DNA of 64,000 nt from Octopus sinensis (GCF_006345805.1 NC_043011.1:28284464-28348463), one strand, 5' to 3'. Numbered from the stretch's first letter, positions 25,912 through 41,035 are shown. The notes: generated by a model from the sequence alone, not told the origin. Made by a program: numbers and translations.

Positions 25912-26138
25912 TGTGTGTGTTTGTGTGTCTGTGTTTGTCCCCCTAGCATTGCTTGACAACCGATGCTGGTGTGTTCATGTCCCCGTTACTTAGCGGTTCG
26001 GCAGAAAAGACCGATAGAATAAGTGCTGGGCTTACAAAAGAATAAGTCCCGGGGTCGAGTTGCTCGATTAAAGGCGGTGCTCCAGCATGGCCGCAGTCAA
26101 ATGACTGAAACAAGTAAAAGAGTGAAAAAGAGTAAAGA
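25716..26138 (+). mobile_element. SINE family A
   Basis: Full-length copy. Confidence 0.9.
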
Positions 26139-26594
26139 ATCCTTAAAGTAATGGAAAATATAACCTTCTTTTGAACAAGCGAAAAATATTCGAACATTAT
26201 TCATAGTCAAAATAAGCAGTGCTATGTTTCATACTACACTATTTTCAAAAAACATAGAATTGTGAAGCCGGTTCAGTAAATGTAAATATATCTTTTCGAA
26301 ACTCCAAATGCACTTCAACCTTCCTTCTTTATGTGCATGTGTTCTCGGCTTAGAGGTAAAAGGGCTTTGTCTCCGACCCGTGTCCAAGCCCTTAGGGGTT
26401 TGCAATACGGTTCATGTCTTCGCAACACTTAATATATGTGACCAATAATGATTGTTTAAAAGCAAACGATAGATTAAGTCTACTACTCAAATATATGTAC
26501 ATACATATATATATATGCGCGCGTGTGTGTGTGTGTGTATGTATACATGTATGTATGTATGTATGTATGTATGTATGTATGTATGTATGTATGT

Positions 26595-27172
26595 CAGCAT
26601 CAAAGGAAGTACCTTCCCTTCTTGAAGTGTAACAGCGATGACCTTCCTGACATCCCTCCTTACTTTCTCATGTGCAACTCGAGATTTCTCAAAAGTGGCT
26701 GTCCCCTCATGCACAATCCTTCTCTACCTGCTAGTATCAATAGCAATGCCTTCCCATGTGTCAGGAGAGATGCAAGCATCTCTTAAGGAAGCCTTCAGCA
26801 AGTCCTTATACCTCTTTTTTATACCCTGCCTCAGTAAAGCTGAACTCAAGAGTCATCTTCGTAGTCATAAAACGAGACAGATGAGTAACAAACTGGCCAC
26901 TGGTGGTGGTGTAACACACCATACTAATCATATCTGTCGGGCATGTAGAAGAGAGTGCAATTCGGCAGGAGGACTTAAACGACATGCAAAGGTACATGAA
27001 GCCTAGTTACAACTACAGCCGGCTATTACCAGTAAAGGTTTTAGTTGCCAATTTTGTACAAGACATTGTAGATCTTTAGCTGGGCTAAAAAGTCACATAC
27101 AATCACAGCACCAGTAACAGTTAAGCTTTGTGCAATGGCCATACTCGATAACGAGGGGGCAGCCATAATAAT
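26595..27172 (+). mobile_element. 5'-truncated RTE LINE 3' end with 5' inversion
   Basis: 26595-26820 on minus strand encodes KRYKDLLKASLRDACISPDTWEGIAIDTSR*RRIVHEG; 26824-27120 on plus strand encodes the following zinc-finger C-terminus; tail ends in (TATG)n. Confidence 0.8.
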
Positions 27173-27660
27173 GTATGTATGTATGTTCGGTGCCGGTATG
27201 GACATATTCGCCAGTGAAGTGGGTGTCTGTTTTTGATAGAAAGACGGCTCTTACTTCACACGTTTAAACATATTCTTCAATGAAGTGGTTTTCCGGATTT
27301 TGAGAGGAAGACGGCTGCTACTTCACAAGCTTAAAGAAATGCAGAATCGACACTCCTGCATTTTGTAAAAAATTTTCATACATATGTACTTTGAACAAAT
27401 TCCTTTCATGACTTATTCATTTATCAATACATCCCGGAGAATTTGTAGTGTCATTGAGACTACCTGATGTTATGAGGAGCGGGATAGCATGTAGTTTCTG
27501 ATTTTGATCGACATGCGTATGAAGTACCACCAGAACGGTACGTGTTTGAAATTTACTGACACATGCTTCCCATTTCTGACTAAGCTGAATATTACTCAAA
27601 AATCCTAGGGTTAGGTTGACATATCCTTTTTACCCATTTCTTATTTCAATCTTAGATTAC

Positions 27661-27869
27661 TGCCATGTTGAGGAACCGCATTGAAGAACTTTTTGAGTCG
27701 AATTTAACCCATGAAGAAATTTTTGTTCGAATGTTACAAGTCCGATACTTACTTTTTAAAGCTTGATACTTATTCTATCGGTTCTTTTGCCGAACCGCTA
27801 AGTTACGGGTAAGTAAACACACCAACATCGGTTGTCAAGCGATGGTGGGGGAACAAACACAGACACACA

Positions 27870-27901
<32 letters not shown>

Positions 27902-27974
27902 CGACGGGTAAGTAAACAAACCAACATCGGTTGTCAAGCAATATTGGGGTACAAACACAGATACACAAACATAT

Positions 27975-28039
<65 letters not shown>

Positions 28040-28215
28040 ATATATACATATACGACGAGCTTCTTTCAGTTTACGTCTACCAAATCCACTCACAAGTCTT
28101 TGATTGGCCCGAGGCTATAGTAGAAGACACTTGCCTACGGTGCCACGCAGTGGGAGTGAACCTGGAACCACGTGGTTTGGAAGGAAGCTTCTTACCACCA
28201 ATTCGTGCCTGCGCC
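27661..28215 (-). mobile_element. SINE family A, diverged, with internal tandem duplication
   Basis: GTAAGTAAACA...CCAACATCGGTTGTCAAGC block occurs at ~27809 and ~27908. Confidence 0.8.
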
Positions 28216-30335
28216 TATATATATCTGATGTCTTTATATGGCTGTCGTTGCGTCTCATTATTTGTTTTTGTATTTTACCAACATTGCTAATCTCCGTACG
28301 GCCACTTTAATCATTCATATATTTGAAATGCTATATAATCAGTTGTGCAAAGTTTTTTGTAATGTAGCAATGTGGTAATATGTTAAATGACGTAGACGCA
28401 AATCGTGTAAATTAACTTTTCGTTGGAGAATCACAACAGCTAATAATGATTGTAAGTGAATTTCGAAGGAAAAAAAAACACAAAAATATGAAACAATTAA
28501 AGAAAACGAAGGGTGTCGGATAGAATCCAATGCGGACATGTCTGCCGACTCCATGACTTCAAGTTCAAACTATTTCAGTCTTTTTTGTTATCTTTCCTGT
28601 GTCAGTAAGTACTAGACAAGTACTAGAGTCGATCTTTTTGGCTTTTATTTATCTTTCGCTCTCCTTCTTTCTTTTCCTCTTTCTTTCCATTTTCTTTCTC
28701 CCTTCCTTCTCTCTCTCTCATCATCCCTCTCTCTCTATCTATCTATCTATATCTATATGTGTGTCTTGGATTCGACTACGGTTCTGTTACGTGTGTTTTT
28801 TTTCGTGTGTGTGAAACCACAAAATGACAATATTCTAGCAACCTCATCTCTTAGAAAAAGTCACATGCAAGCAAAAAACGTAAAAGAACAGCTTCGTGTG
28901 TAGTGCACCACAAAGTAAATATAGTAGATACGTTATATTGTGCCACCGAAGAAGCCCCTGCATAGGAGAAAGACCTACTAGAAGTAGTAGACTAGTCATC
29001 CTCATATTCCAAACTCTGCTCTTATAATTAAAATGGCACATTAAATAATACAGCCATAGATGGATTTTAATGCATCTGCATAAAGTAATTGGATAATGCC
29101 GTCAATCTTAGATTTTTTGCCCATTATTAACAACAAATAGAAACAAAGATTTGTACAAGTTTGCCACTGATACATATTTTATCCCCCACCCCCACCCCTC
29201 TGCTCTGAGAGATGGAAACAGAGCAGACTGGCGGTATCTGAAGTCAAAATATAATGAAATATAACGAAAGTACAACAAAGAATTTTTCTCCGAAATTTTC
29301 TTAACTATCACACTCTTTAAATTTTTTTCAATTCTTGAATTATTTAGCCAAGCAAGTTATGTATTTTTTAAGTCTGTTACTTCTTTTATCGACCTGTTGT
29401 AGAAATGGTTTGATTACGAAAAGATAAACAAATCAATACCGCTTTCTGTCGACAAAATTCATTTGCAGTTTTGGCTATGGAATATTCTGTTATTATACAT
29501 TGACATACGACACGAATATATATGTATAAAAGATTGGGATATACCACTGAATAGAATCACACTATTAAAGCATATTGCCAGCATTTATGAAAATACCGTA
29601 GTTATTCTGTTTAGAAGTTTACAATGAATCATGAAGCGCATTATTTTGGAGGGATAGTTTTTCTTAAACGCTCGATATTGAGATAGCGTAAACTGCAAAT
29701 GGGGAAAAGCGAAGATGCAGATTTAAGAGATAGCATCTTTGCAATCTATAACATATATTATACACTCGTAACCTTTTCTACCTTGGGAATTATTTTCTAG
29801 TATTTTTTGTCTTCGTATCAAGAAGTAAAAAATTTTAACAAAGGAAAAGATTGGAAGACATGATTTATCTATAATATCATTCTGCTACGGTGCAACAATG
29901 TTTGTAAAGCTCCAATATATACACATATAATCTAACTATGTTCACTTTTCTCCGAGATGAAAATAAGTGTTTAGTATATATCGAAATTTACTGAAGCTTT
30001 ACAAACGTATTTTCACCGTAGCAAAACAATACTGTAGATAGATTATATCTCTCATTGTTTTCCATTGTTTACGCACACACACACATACACACACACACAT
30101 ACACACACACACACACGCACATTTATATGTATGTATATATAATATATATAGATGTGGGTATTTTCCCTTGTTAACAATTAACACAGAAAAATATATAAAT
30201 AGCTACCAGGGTAGCAAAAAAGCATACAAGTAAAAAGGTTGTAACTCCTTGTTTTTAAAGGTAGAAACTTCGGGTTTACGTGAAATATTATGTATAATAT
30301 ATATAAATAAATAAATGGAGTTAAACGCATGTGTT

Positions 30336-30561
30336 ATTCGAATTCTTTTACTTCCGACACATGTTTCGAAGATATCACTGGTATTATACATATGTATTAT
30401 CACTATACATATCCATCATTTTCTGTTAAAATGTCTTATAGACGAGTTTCTTTTCTTCACTTCCCTGAAGAGAAGATTATATTGTTTTACACCATTTTAT
30501 TCCTTTGGAATAATACCAGTGATATCTTCGAAACATGTGTCGGAAGTAAAATAATTTGAAT
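30336..30561. repeat. Inverted repeat with 42-bp perfect arms (PLE-like inverted pLTR fragment)
   Basis: 30346-30387 is the exact reverse complement of 30510-30551; imperfect pairing extends ~10 bp further. Confidence 0.9.
30459..30547 (+). ncRNA. Type I hammerhead ribozyme, 58-nt stem II
   Basis: ACTTCC-CTGAAGA-GAAGAT...ATCTTC-GAA-ACATGTGT-C-GGAAGT: 6-bp stem I, 6-bp closing stem II, GUC triplet. Confidence 0.8.
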
Positions 30562-30587
30562 ATGTCCATTTATATATATATATATAT

Positions 30588-30854
<267 letters not shown>

Positions 30855-31286
30855 TTCAGAGTTTAGGTTATTTGGAATGTCTTTGTTACATATTTGAACT
30901 TGTTGTGACGGACACTTCCAAGTGAGAAGTGGGCTGTTCCACTACTGATAAATAGGGGGCAGGGTCAGTTGGCCAGGTACGCCGTACGGGTCAGTCACGC
31001 AGACAATGAACTATGGCGCCATAATGCAGTGCATATCAGTGGCGACGAAGATTCGTACATACGCTGTGAAAAATAGATTCCGAAGTAGGATTTGAAGTAA
31101 CACGGAACTGAACTACAGACAGAGAGAATAACATACACACAGTCAAAAATATATATATTCTATAAAGCACTAAAAGTAATGACTCTACTCAGACACGATT
31201 GATAAAAAGATTTTGAAGAAAAACTGTCTGATAAAACTGGAACTCTAACACAGAGCTGAAATACACACAGTGAAAATTAATATAAA

Positions 31287-32045
<759 letters not shown>

Positions 32046-32420
32046 AAATCTCAAGGGGAGAGGTTTTATGGCGGACATCCCCAAGTGAGAAGTGGGTTGT
32101 CCTACTACTTATAAATAGTGGACAGACACAACAAGTAGGGTCAGTCCGCGAGGAAATTTTGGTGTTTCGAATCATTTTTGATCCCTGTGAGTTAAATTGT
32201 GAGTTAAATTGTTCTATACTAGTTGAAGATCTCCCGTAAGAGTGAACCTACTTGTTGAATATCATTGTTAAACTGTTGAATTGGTGTTGCTGTTTGTGAA
32301 ATTACAATTGTTTTCTTCCCCATTCATAGGTGAAGTAGACAAGAAGCAGAGGATGGAGTGTGAGCCAGTTCCAACCGGCAGCTATGCTTCAGCCACTGGA
32401 AGAAGTTTGACACAATTTAG

Positions 32421-32832
32421 GTTACTTGAAGTATGTTTGTCACACATTTCTACTGCAGTTACCGTTAAGACAAAATCTCTCTTATGGTAAAAATGTTTGA
32501 AAACATCCAATTCGTTCAGTGTCGCCATCTCTTGAGAATCTGAGACATCGATGTTACTTCGTTATTTATCTCGATCGGGCGATCTACTAGCGCAAATTTA
32601 ATGTGTTGACTGAATTATATATAAAGTGACAAGCTTTATTTAGTTCCGTCGGAGTTGCCTCTTATAGGTACATCTCATCGGCAAGAGCCAATAGACCCGA
32701 AACATCGATGTCTGTGATTCCCGAAAGATGGGAATTATCACACCTTTTTACCATAAGAGAGATTTTTCTCCACAGTAACTGCAGTGTATTTGCCTTTAGC
32801 AGTTGAGATGTGACAAACATATTTCAACTAAC
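32421..32832. mobile_element. Old imperfect fold-back/MITE-like element
   Basis: Left TTGAAGTATGTTTGTCACA...ACTGCAGTTAC...AAATCTCTCTTATGGTAAAAA...GACATCGATGTT is mirrored on the right. Confidence 0.6.
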
Positions 32833-34368
32833 ATAAAGAGTGATTATACGTAAACACTGCTTTGCGCCATTACTTCGTTATATATATATATATATATGTA
32901 TATCACGTTAATTCTAAATATATATATTAATCACTTAATTTTCTTTTGAATACTATAAATAAAGTGAGATGTATATATACAGGGTGGCTGGAAGACTTAA
33001 GGAGAGTGAAAAATATATGAATACTAAGCTGGTTACACCCAACCAGTAAATTTTTTTTATTCTTTTTGAGTGTGATGTTAGCAATTCACAAATATATTTG
33101 TCCTCATACATTTTCTGGGAATGTGCACTTTCATTCCTCAAAATTACACCCATAACTTTCATAGAACAATAGTAACCCAGAGAAAAAATGCAAAACCTTA
33201 TCTGTAAAGGAGAAACTAGAAATTAAGTGGTATCTTAATGGCACGAATTTGTAGGGAGTATGACGCTAAAAAGCAAACAACTTAGATCTTTCGCAAAACG
33301 GACAATTAACTTACTAGAGTTTGGTTTGAAATGTAATTCTGACGCAAATTCTAAATCGTATTCTGCTGGTGGAGGGAAGTACGTGGAAGTGGCAAAAATT
33401 TAAAACCTGAAAAAGCAGAATCGAAGGGATTTATCTATCAAAGCTCTTGGAGTAACAACGCCGTCGGTGGAGAAATTTATAGTACTGCTGCGAAATTAGT
33501 ATTTTGATATAAACAACTTTTAAACAAGAAAATAGTAGAATTTAAAACTTTCATGGAATGAGAAATAAAATAACTAATTAAAAAATAGAAGGTGAATCCA
33601 CCGAGGAAACAGAACCACTATGAAAGTATTTCAATGACATAATTGCGGAGAGCTAAATTTTTCCAAGTGTGAAATGTGATGGCGGTTACTATTCCACAAC
33701 AACTTCACTGCTATGCTTATATGGTTTACGCTTGGCTTCAAATTCAGCAAGGAACATTTTGCCTCTTCATAACGAATAAACTACCAAGACCACTCCGACG
33801 GAATCAGAACACAAAACGTAAACGCCAGTACTTAACTACTATTGAAATAAATGTCTCCATGGTGTAAGTGATTTACGCAAATCTTCGTTATAAATTACCT
33901 CAAAAATATTAAAGTATTAAAATATCATCCTATAATCTACAATGTATTTCTGGACAGTTTACTACTTCTGTATTTATATCCATAATACCGCATGGATAAA
34001 CAATGACTTTATGATCGAATTTTTACTCTAAATATTTTAATATCGCTTTAAAAATAGCCTCTAGAACACAAACACACACACACACACACATATGTATGTA
34101 TGTATGCATGGATACATAAGCACATGATTGTCTATAGAAATATATGTTCTAAATCCAACATTTTGAGATTAAAATAAAAGAATTTCTTCGAGATAAGTGT
34201 AAGTTTTAGCATTTATTCTCATTTATTCAATAATATTCCTTGAAGGATAATTTGAAGTTGACGGTAGGAAATGTTGCATTTAGAATTAAGATTAATGTTC
34301 GCACACAGGCGAACACGTGAAGAGCTTGTGGGTGTAATATGCATGAACCTTCTCCTGTAAAGATATCT

Positions 34369-34735
34369 TTACTTTACTTTACTTTACTTACTTGTTTCAG
34401 TCATTTGACTGCGGCCATGCTGGAGCACCGCCTTTAGTCGAGCAAATCGACCCACCCCAGGACTTATTCTTTGTAAGCCCAGTACTTATTCTATCGGTCT
34501 CTTTTGCCGAACCGCTAAGTGACGGGGACGTAAACACACTAGCATCGGTTGTCAAGCAATGCTAGGGGGACAAACACAGACACACAAACACACACACACA
34601 CATACATATACATATATATATACACATATATACGGCAGGCTTCTTTCAGTTTCCGTCTACCAAATCCACTCACAAGGCATTGGTCGGCCCGGGGCTATAG
34701 CAGAAGACACTTGCCCAAGATGCCACGCAGTGGGA
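34369..34735 (-). mobile_element. SINE family A lacking the tRNA head
   Basis: Homology stops at GCCACGCAGTGGGA. Confidence 0.88.
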
Positions 34736-35004
34736 ATATATATATATATATGAACAATATTGAACACACATATACAAGGGTATGTATTTTGCTAGTCTGT
34801 GAGGAGGCTGCGCTTATAGGCGTTAAGAGAATATATTCACATCCATGCATTGGTATTAAAAAAACCTAGAAGTCATAAACAAGCGAAATAGCTCGCATTA
34901 GGTCCCATTCAGAAACGATAGACATCGATGTTTCATCAGTTTTGTAACTTCTCAAAACCGCGCCCCAAACGAGGCTGGGTGCAAGCTAAATCGCTCTCTA
35001 TGAC

Positions 35005-35046
<42 letters not shown>

Positions 35047-36256
35047 GGTTATGAGAGGTAGTGGTGTCAGTGAGACCCACAGGTGTCAGGTAATTCTGAG
35101 TAAGTACTATGGAAAGACCATAGTTAAGTTCCAGGTTCGGTGACTGTGCGAATAAGGGGTCCAAATTTAGTCATATATCAGCGTGTGTATATAAACGTTT
35201 TTCTTCCGTAATGAGATAAAAAAAAAAAGGCTGTGTAGATTTTAGAACATTTCTAAATAGGTGTTACAAATGTTTCTAGGATATTTATTATATCCCTTCG
35301 TCGAAGACGGTGTGAGAAGACGGTTAATTTAGATAAGATACGAAATAGAGAGTGAGGTGGAGGAATGAAAATAGATGTGACATATGCAGGGATATTGTAT
35401 TTGTAGATCCATTATTTAGGCAGAATGGAATACATATAAGATTCCAATACCTTATGAGTAAAATTCAATAGTATTTAAGATTGGTCATTCCAAGTATAGA
35501 GTTTATACACAGTGTTATTGAATCAAGGGTTTTATTTAAAGTGACCTAAGAGTACGAAATGCATTAGTAAAGTCAAATCGAAAACAAGAGAGAATAAAGA
35601 GAATAAAGAGAAAAAAGAAAAAAGAAAGAGAATAAAATAAGAAAAATAATAATAAAAATAAAATAATAAAAAATAAAAAATAAGAAAAACAAGAAGAGAG
35701 GAGTAAAGGAAAGAAAGAAAAAAGAAAAAGGAAAGTGTACCAGTTAGTGGTCAGTCGAGATCATTTGAAAGTAGGAATGGGGAGATAAAGGTGATAAAGA
35801 GAGAAAGAGAGTATAAAAAGACACAATGAATGGGGTGTGATAGAGAGACAGGTATAATTGACACACCTTTATTTTTTTTACTTCTCTCTAAAATGAACGT
35901 CTATTCCCCAATCCCTACTAAAATTGTTCGAAATCTATGCCCATGTAGCTCAGGAAACCCAACGGTTTTTGAACATTGATGCTTAGAAATCCACCCCCAA
36001 ATCGCGCTATCTAAAATCCATGGCCAAATAAAAGCTCCTTCTCCAAACCATTGGGTAACTCACTTAGAAATGCGCATGACATAAAGTTATAAGGAGAGAA
36101 ATGGTTCCTCTAATTTACTCGCATTACAATCATGCTGTTTAAAGAGTATACTCCCCCCCACCTGTTTCAGTCATTTGACTGTGGCCATGCTGGAGCACCC
36201 CTTTAAAATATTAATTTATACTTATAAATTTATATATATATATTTTATTATTTTTA

Positions 36257-36600
<344 letters not shown>

Positions 36601-37699
36601 GACCTAAAATATAATCAATATTTTTAAGATATAAATTTGAAATGACTAATATATATAAAAAATATAAAATTATCAATGAAAATATATATAATCAAGAACT
36701 AAAATAACCTCTATAAACGATTGTATATAATGAAACCTAGTATTTAAATTCTCATATTTAAAGATGAAATAGCTAATTTCAAAAAACAAAAAACAAAAAA
36801 TAAAAAATATATATACACACATGCTCATGCACATATATCCATGTATGTATATAAACATATCTAAATACATACACAAACTCACACACACATATATATATCT
36901 ATACATATACATAAGCATATAGACAAAGATAAATTTATAATGTAGCCGTATACTTCTACACATTACTTATTCATAGTTCCACACACACACATACAATCAC
37001 TCATTCATAAACATATTCTCTCAGCATGATAATAACACAGAGGAAATATAACATCCAGTAGCCGCAGATACTCAACCACAAACTTATAGAAATATTTCAC
37101 TCTTAGTAAAATATTAAATACTATATACTATATATATGTAATAACCATATATAAATACGTAAACAAACACATACACATATATATTCTATATACTATATGC
37201 ATGTAATAAACATATATAAATACGTAAACAAACACACACACACGTATATATTTATACATACACAAATACATAAAGAGAATATTTCTACACATTAATAATG
37301 CATACTCACACACACACACATACAATCAATCATTCATACATAACCGTATTCACACTGCAAAACTCTAACACAGAGGAGGAACAAATCCAGTAAACACAGA
37401 TACTCAGCTACATACTTATAGGAATATTCCTTACTTAGTAATATATTATTAAAAAAATACTATCATTACTATAAACAAATTTATGAATGGGAATATTATC
37501 TTATATAAAATTATTCTATTATTAAACAAACCTAAACCATTTTAAATCGAAACCTATCTATTTATCAAAGTATATCTAAATTATTTAATAACTAATAACA
37601 AAGAAAAATACGATAAATAGATCACTACATAAACAACATGATTAACATAAGAATATTATTATTCAAAGGCTTATACATATTAAAAATTACAATTTGGAG

Positions 37700-38200
37700 A
37701 TCTTAAAAAATACGTACCTTCTATGCAATTTTGAACTATGAAGTAAATTTGAATGACAAACGTCTTACAGCGTTTAAGAAATTACGTTATCAACAGAAAT
37801 AGAATAAACTTTTTATAAATTCTTTGCGCGTGATGAACCAACGTTATTTTAAAGATTATGAATGGAATAATATGTTTATCATCGTAAATAGAATGAATTT
37901 ACTAAAATATTCTTTAATAAAACAAGCATGATCAACGAAACCCAAACAAAACAAATATAATGATCAAAACCACCCATTACCAGATACACAAGAACAAACC
38001 TATATAGCAATCCCCCCCATCTATACATTCACACACATATACCCACACATATTTACACCCACCCACACCCATTTACATATACACACTCACACATACATAT
38101 ACATACGTACAATACTCGATATATACACCAATACATTCACACCCACACCCATACAAATAAATAAATAAATACATATACATCCATAAATATATATATATAT
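37700..38200 (+). mobile_element. CA-rich body of the same family as 62915-64000, opposite orientation
   Basis: e.g. CCTATATAGCAATCCCC, CATACGTA and ATTATGAATGGAATAAT match the reverse complement of 62930-63300. Confidence 0.6.
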
Positions 38201-38520
38201 ATATACACACACATCATCAAATACACATATATATAAACACACACATTCACAAAAAAATAAATAAATAAATATTAATTATATGTATGTATGAGTGTGTACA
38301 CGCATACGGGTGCAATCGCGCGCACATGCAAGCATGCATGTATACATGTGCATGCACAAGCACACGCATTTACATGTGCACGCATTCACACCCGCATCTA
38401 CACATGCACTTGTACACGCGCACACGTGCACACACGCACATGCATATTCACGGATATACATGCATAAATACTTAAATATAGGTACAAAGAGAAGAAAATT
38501 AACAACATATGAATCGTTTC

Positions 38521-39129
38521 TACTTTAGGCGCAAGGCTCGAAAGTTTGAGGAAGGGGGCCAGTCGATAAGTTCGGCCGCAGTACGCAACTGGTATGTAAT
38601 TTATCGACACCGAAAGGATGAAATGCAAAGCCGATCTCGGTGGAATTTGAACTCAGAACGTAAAGACAGACGGAATACCGTTTCGCCCAGTGTGTTAACG
38701 TTTCTTATTTCTTTACTGCCCACAAGGGGCTACACATAGAGGGGACAAACAAGGACAGACAAACGGATTAAATCGATTACATCGACACCAATGTGTGACT
38801 GGTACTTAATTTATCGACCCCGAAAGGATGAAAGGCAAAGTCGACCTCGGCGGAATTTGAACTCAGAACGTAACGGCAGACGAAATACCTATTTCTATTT
38901 CTTTACTACCCACAAGGGGTTAAACACAGAGGGGACAAACAAGGACAGACAAACGGATTAAATCGATTACCTCGACCCCAATGCGTAACTGGTAATTAAT
39001 TTATCGACCCCGAAAGGATGAAAGGCAAAGTCGACCTCGGCGGAATTTGAACTCAGAACGTAACGGCAGACGAAATACTGCTAAGCATTTCGCCCGGCGT
39101 GTTAACGTTTCTGCCAGTTTATAGCCTTA
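38521..39129 (-). mobile_element. Three adjacent or nested SINE family B copies
   Basis: Units at 38521-38704, 38705-38889 and 38890-39129, each with TTATCGACCCCGAAAGGATGAAA-like core. Confidence 0.88.
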
Positions 39130-39584
39130 CTAACGACATATGAATGCGATCAAAATGAATTTATGCTACGTGATTAATATTCAATGGAATCCGATAAGAA
39201 CAGAGTTACTGGACTTGTAGTTGTAGTAGTGGTTTTGGTGAGGCCGAATGTTTTAAAACAAAAGTAACATAATAGAATGCTTGATAAAAACCGGAAGATA
39301 AACATGTATTGTCTGTGCGCTGCGGTTTAAAGAAGTGTAAAGGAATTTCGTTGGTTTAAATGTCGTTTAACTATTACAGGAGTTGTTTTGAAGTAAATTG
39401 CTTTTCCTTGGCTTTGAACTATGGCGTATGCTGAGGAAGTGTCTGAAGTTGGTGTGAGATAAATATAGCTATACAATCACACATACATGTGCTACGCTTT
39501 CTGCCCACGGCATAAACGTACACATAATGAGACTATATTAATCTAAAAATATTCGAACAATTCCTCTTAGAGAACACGTATATA

Positions 39585-39631
<47 letters not shown>

Positions 39632-39726
39632 CTTGCTAGCCACCTTATTATTACTGTAAATAACGGCAATAATACTACCTTATTTGAATTTTGTTGTTTA
39701 CGATAGTTTCTTTTAAACGGAGCGGG

Positions 39727-40541
39727 ACGTTTGGATCTTTTCCTTTTCAACGGCACATGTCAACACAATTTCTAGTTAACTAAACACTTTTAAACTTCGT
39801 ATACTGGTAGAATGTATTTATAAAACATCATTTTTTCTTGGCTTTATTGAGAAAATTCTATAGTTTGCAAGATATTTCGTCTGAAATTTCGAGCATTTCG
39901 GCAATTTTAAACAATCGCTGACCTCCGTTTGGGGTGAAAACATTCCGTGCTGTATGAATATGTTCCTCGTTTAAGAAACAGATTGGGTTTATTTACATTT
40001 GCGAAGAAAAAAAGATACCCTTCCCCCACCCCTAACCCTAACTCTAACCCTAAATCTAAAATAGATTGAAATGCAATAGATCGATACTAGTGTTATAATT
40101 ATGGGTGATAATTTCATACGACACCGCTACGGAAAATGGGATTTTTTCTAGAGGTGTCAAATTTCAATCTATTTTAGATTTAGGGTAGGAGTTAGGGTTA
40201 AGGTTAGGATTAGGGTTAGGGTTAGGTTTAGGGTTAGGGGTGGGAGAAGGGTATCGTTTTTCTTCGCAAATGTAAATAAACCCAATCTGTTTCTTAAACG
40301 GGGGACATATTCATACAGCACGGAATGTTTTCAGCCCAAATGGAGGTAGGCGATTGGTTAAAATTGCCGAAATGCTCGAAATTTCAGATGAAATATCTTG
40401 CAAACTATAGAATTTTCTCAATAAAGCCAAGAAAAAATGATGTTTTATAAACTCATTCTACCAGTATACGAAGTTTAAAAGTGTTTAGTTAACTAGAAAT
40501 TGTGTTGACATGTGCCGTTCAAAAGGAAAGGATACGGACGT
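39727..40541. mobile_element. ~815-bp fold-back element (~345-bp arms) with internal telomere-like repeats
   Basis: 39727-40073 is approximately the reverse complement of 40161-40541; degenerate (CCCTAA)n at 40029-40060 and (TTAGGG)n at 40180-40240. Confidence 0.85.
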
Positions 40542-40976
40542 TTAAAGTTAGAAACGCACACGAGCAAACGTAGCGAATATCTTTAAAATAGATGTTAAAT
40601 GATGTTTTCAACTGAAGATCGCAAAGAATGTTTGTCATGCAAAGCGTAAAATCAATTGGTATTGAAATATGTATTACTTATCTACGTATTCAAAGCAAGG
40701 ACAAGCATATTTTTTAAATATTCATTGCATTGCTCGTGTGTATTTTATCATAATATGTATGGTGGTTTTTGGAGCAGTGGTTCTGATTTTAGCAAGTGGT
40801 ATTAATATACCGCATACCAAATCCACTCATAAGGCTTTGGTCAGCTCGAGGCTATAGTAGAAAACACTTGCCCAATATGCCACGCAGTGGGACTGAACCT
40901 GGAATCATGTGGTTTGAAGCAAATATATATATATCAGGACGCCATGATAGATCGTTAGTTCCTTATATATACATAA

Positions 40977-41035
<59 letters not shown>

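Noticed and set aside
26824-27120. Host C2H2 zinc-finger gene
   Set aside because: No TGEKP linkers; adjacent to an RTE C-terminal motif and a LINE-type tail; contains a stop
27200-27340. ~68-bp diverged tandem repeat resembling zinc-finger spacing
   Set aside because: Period is not 84 bp and there is no C2H2 pattern in any frame
40029-40240. True telomere or chromosome fusion site
   Set aside because: Short degenerate runs embedded symmetrically within a fold-back element
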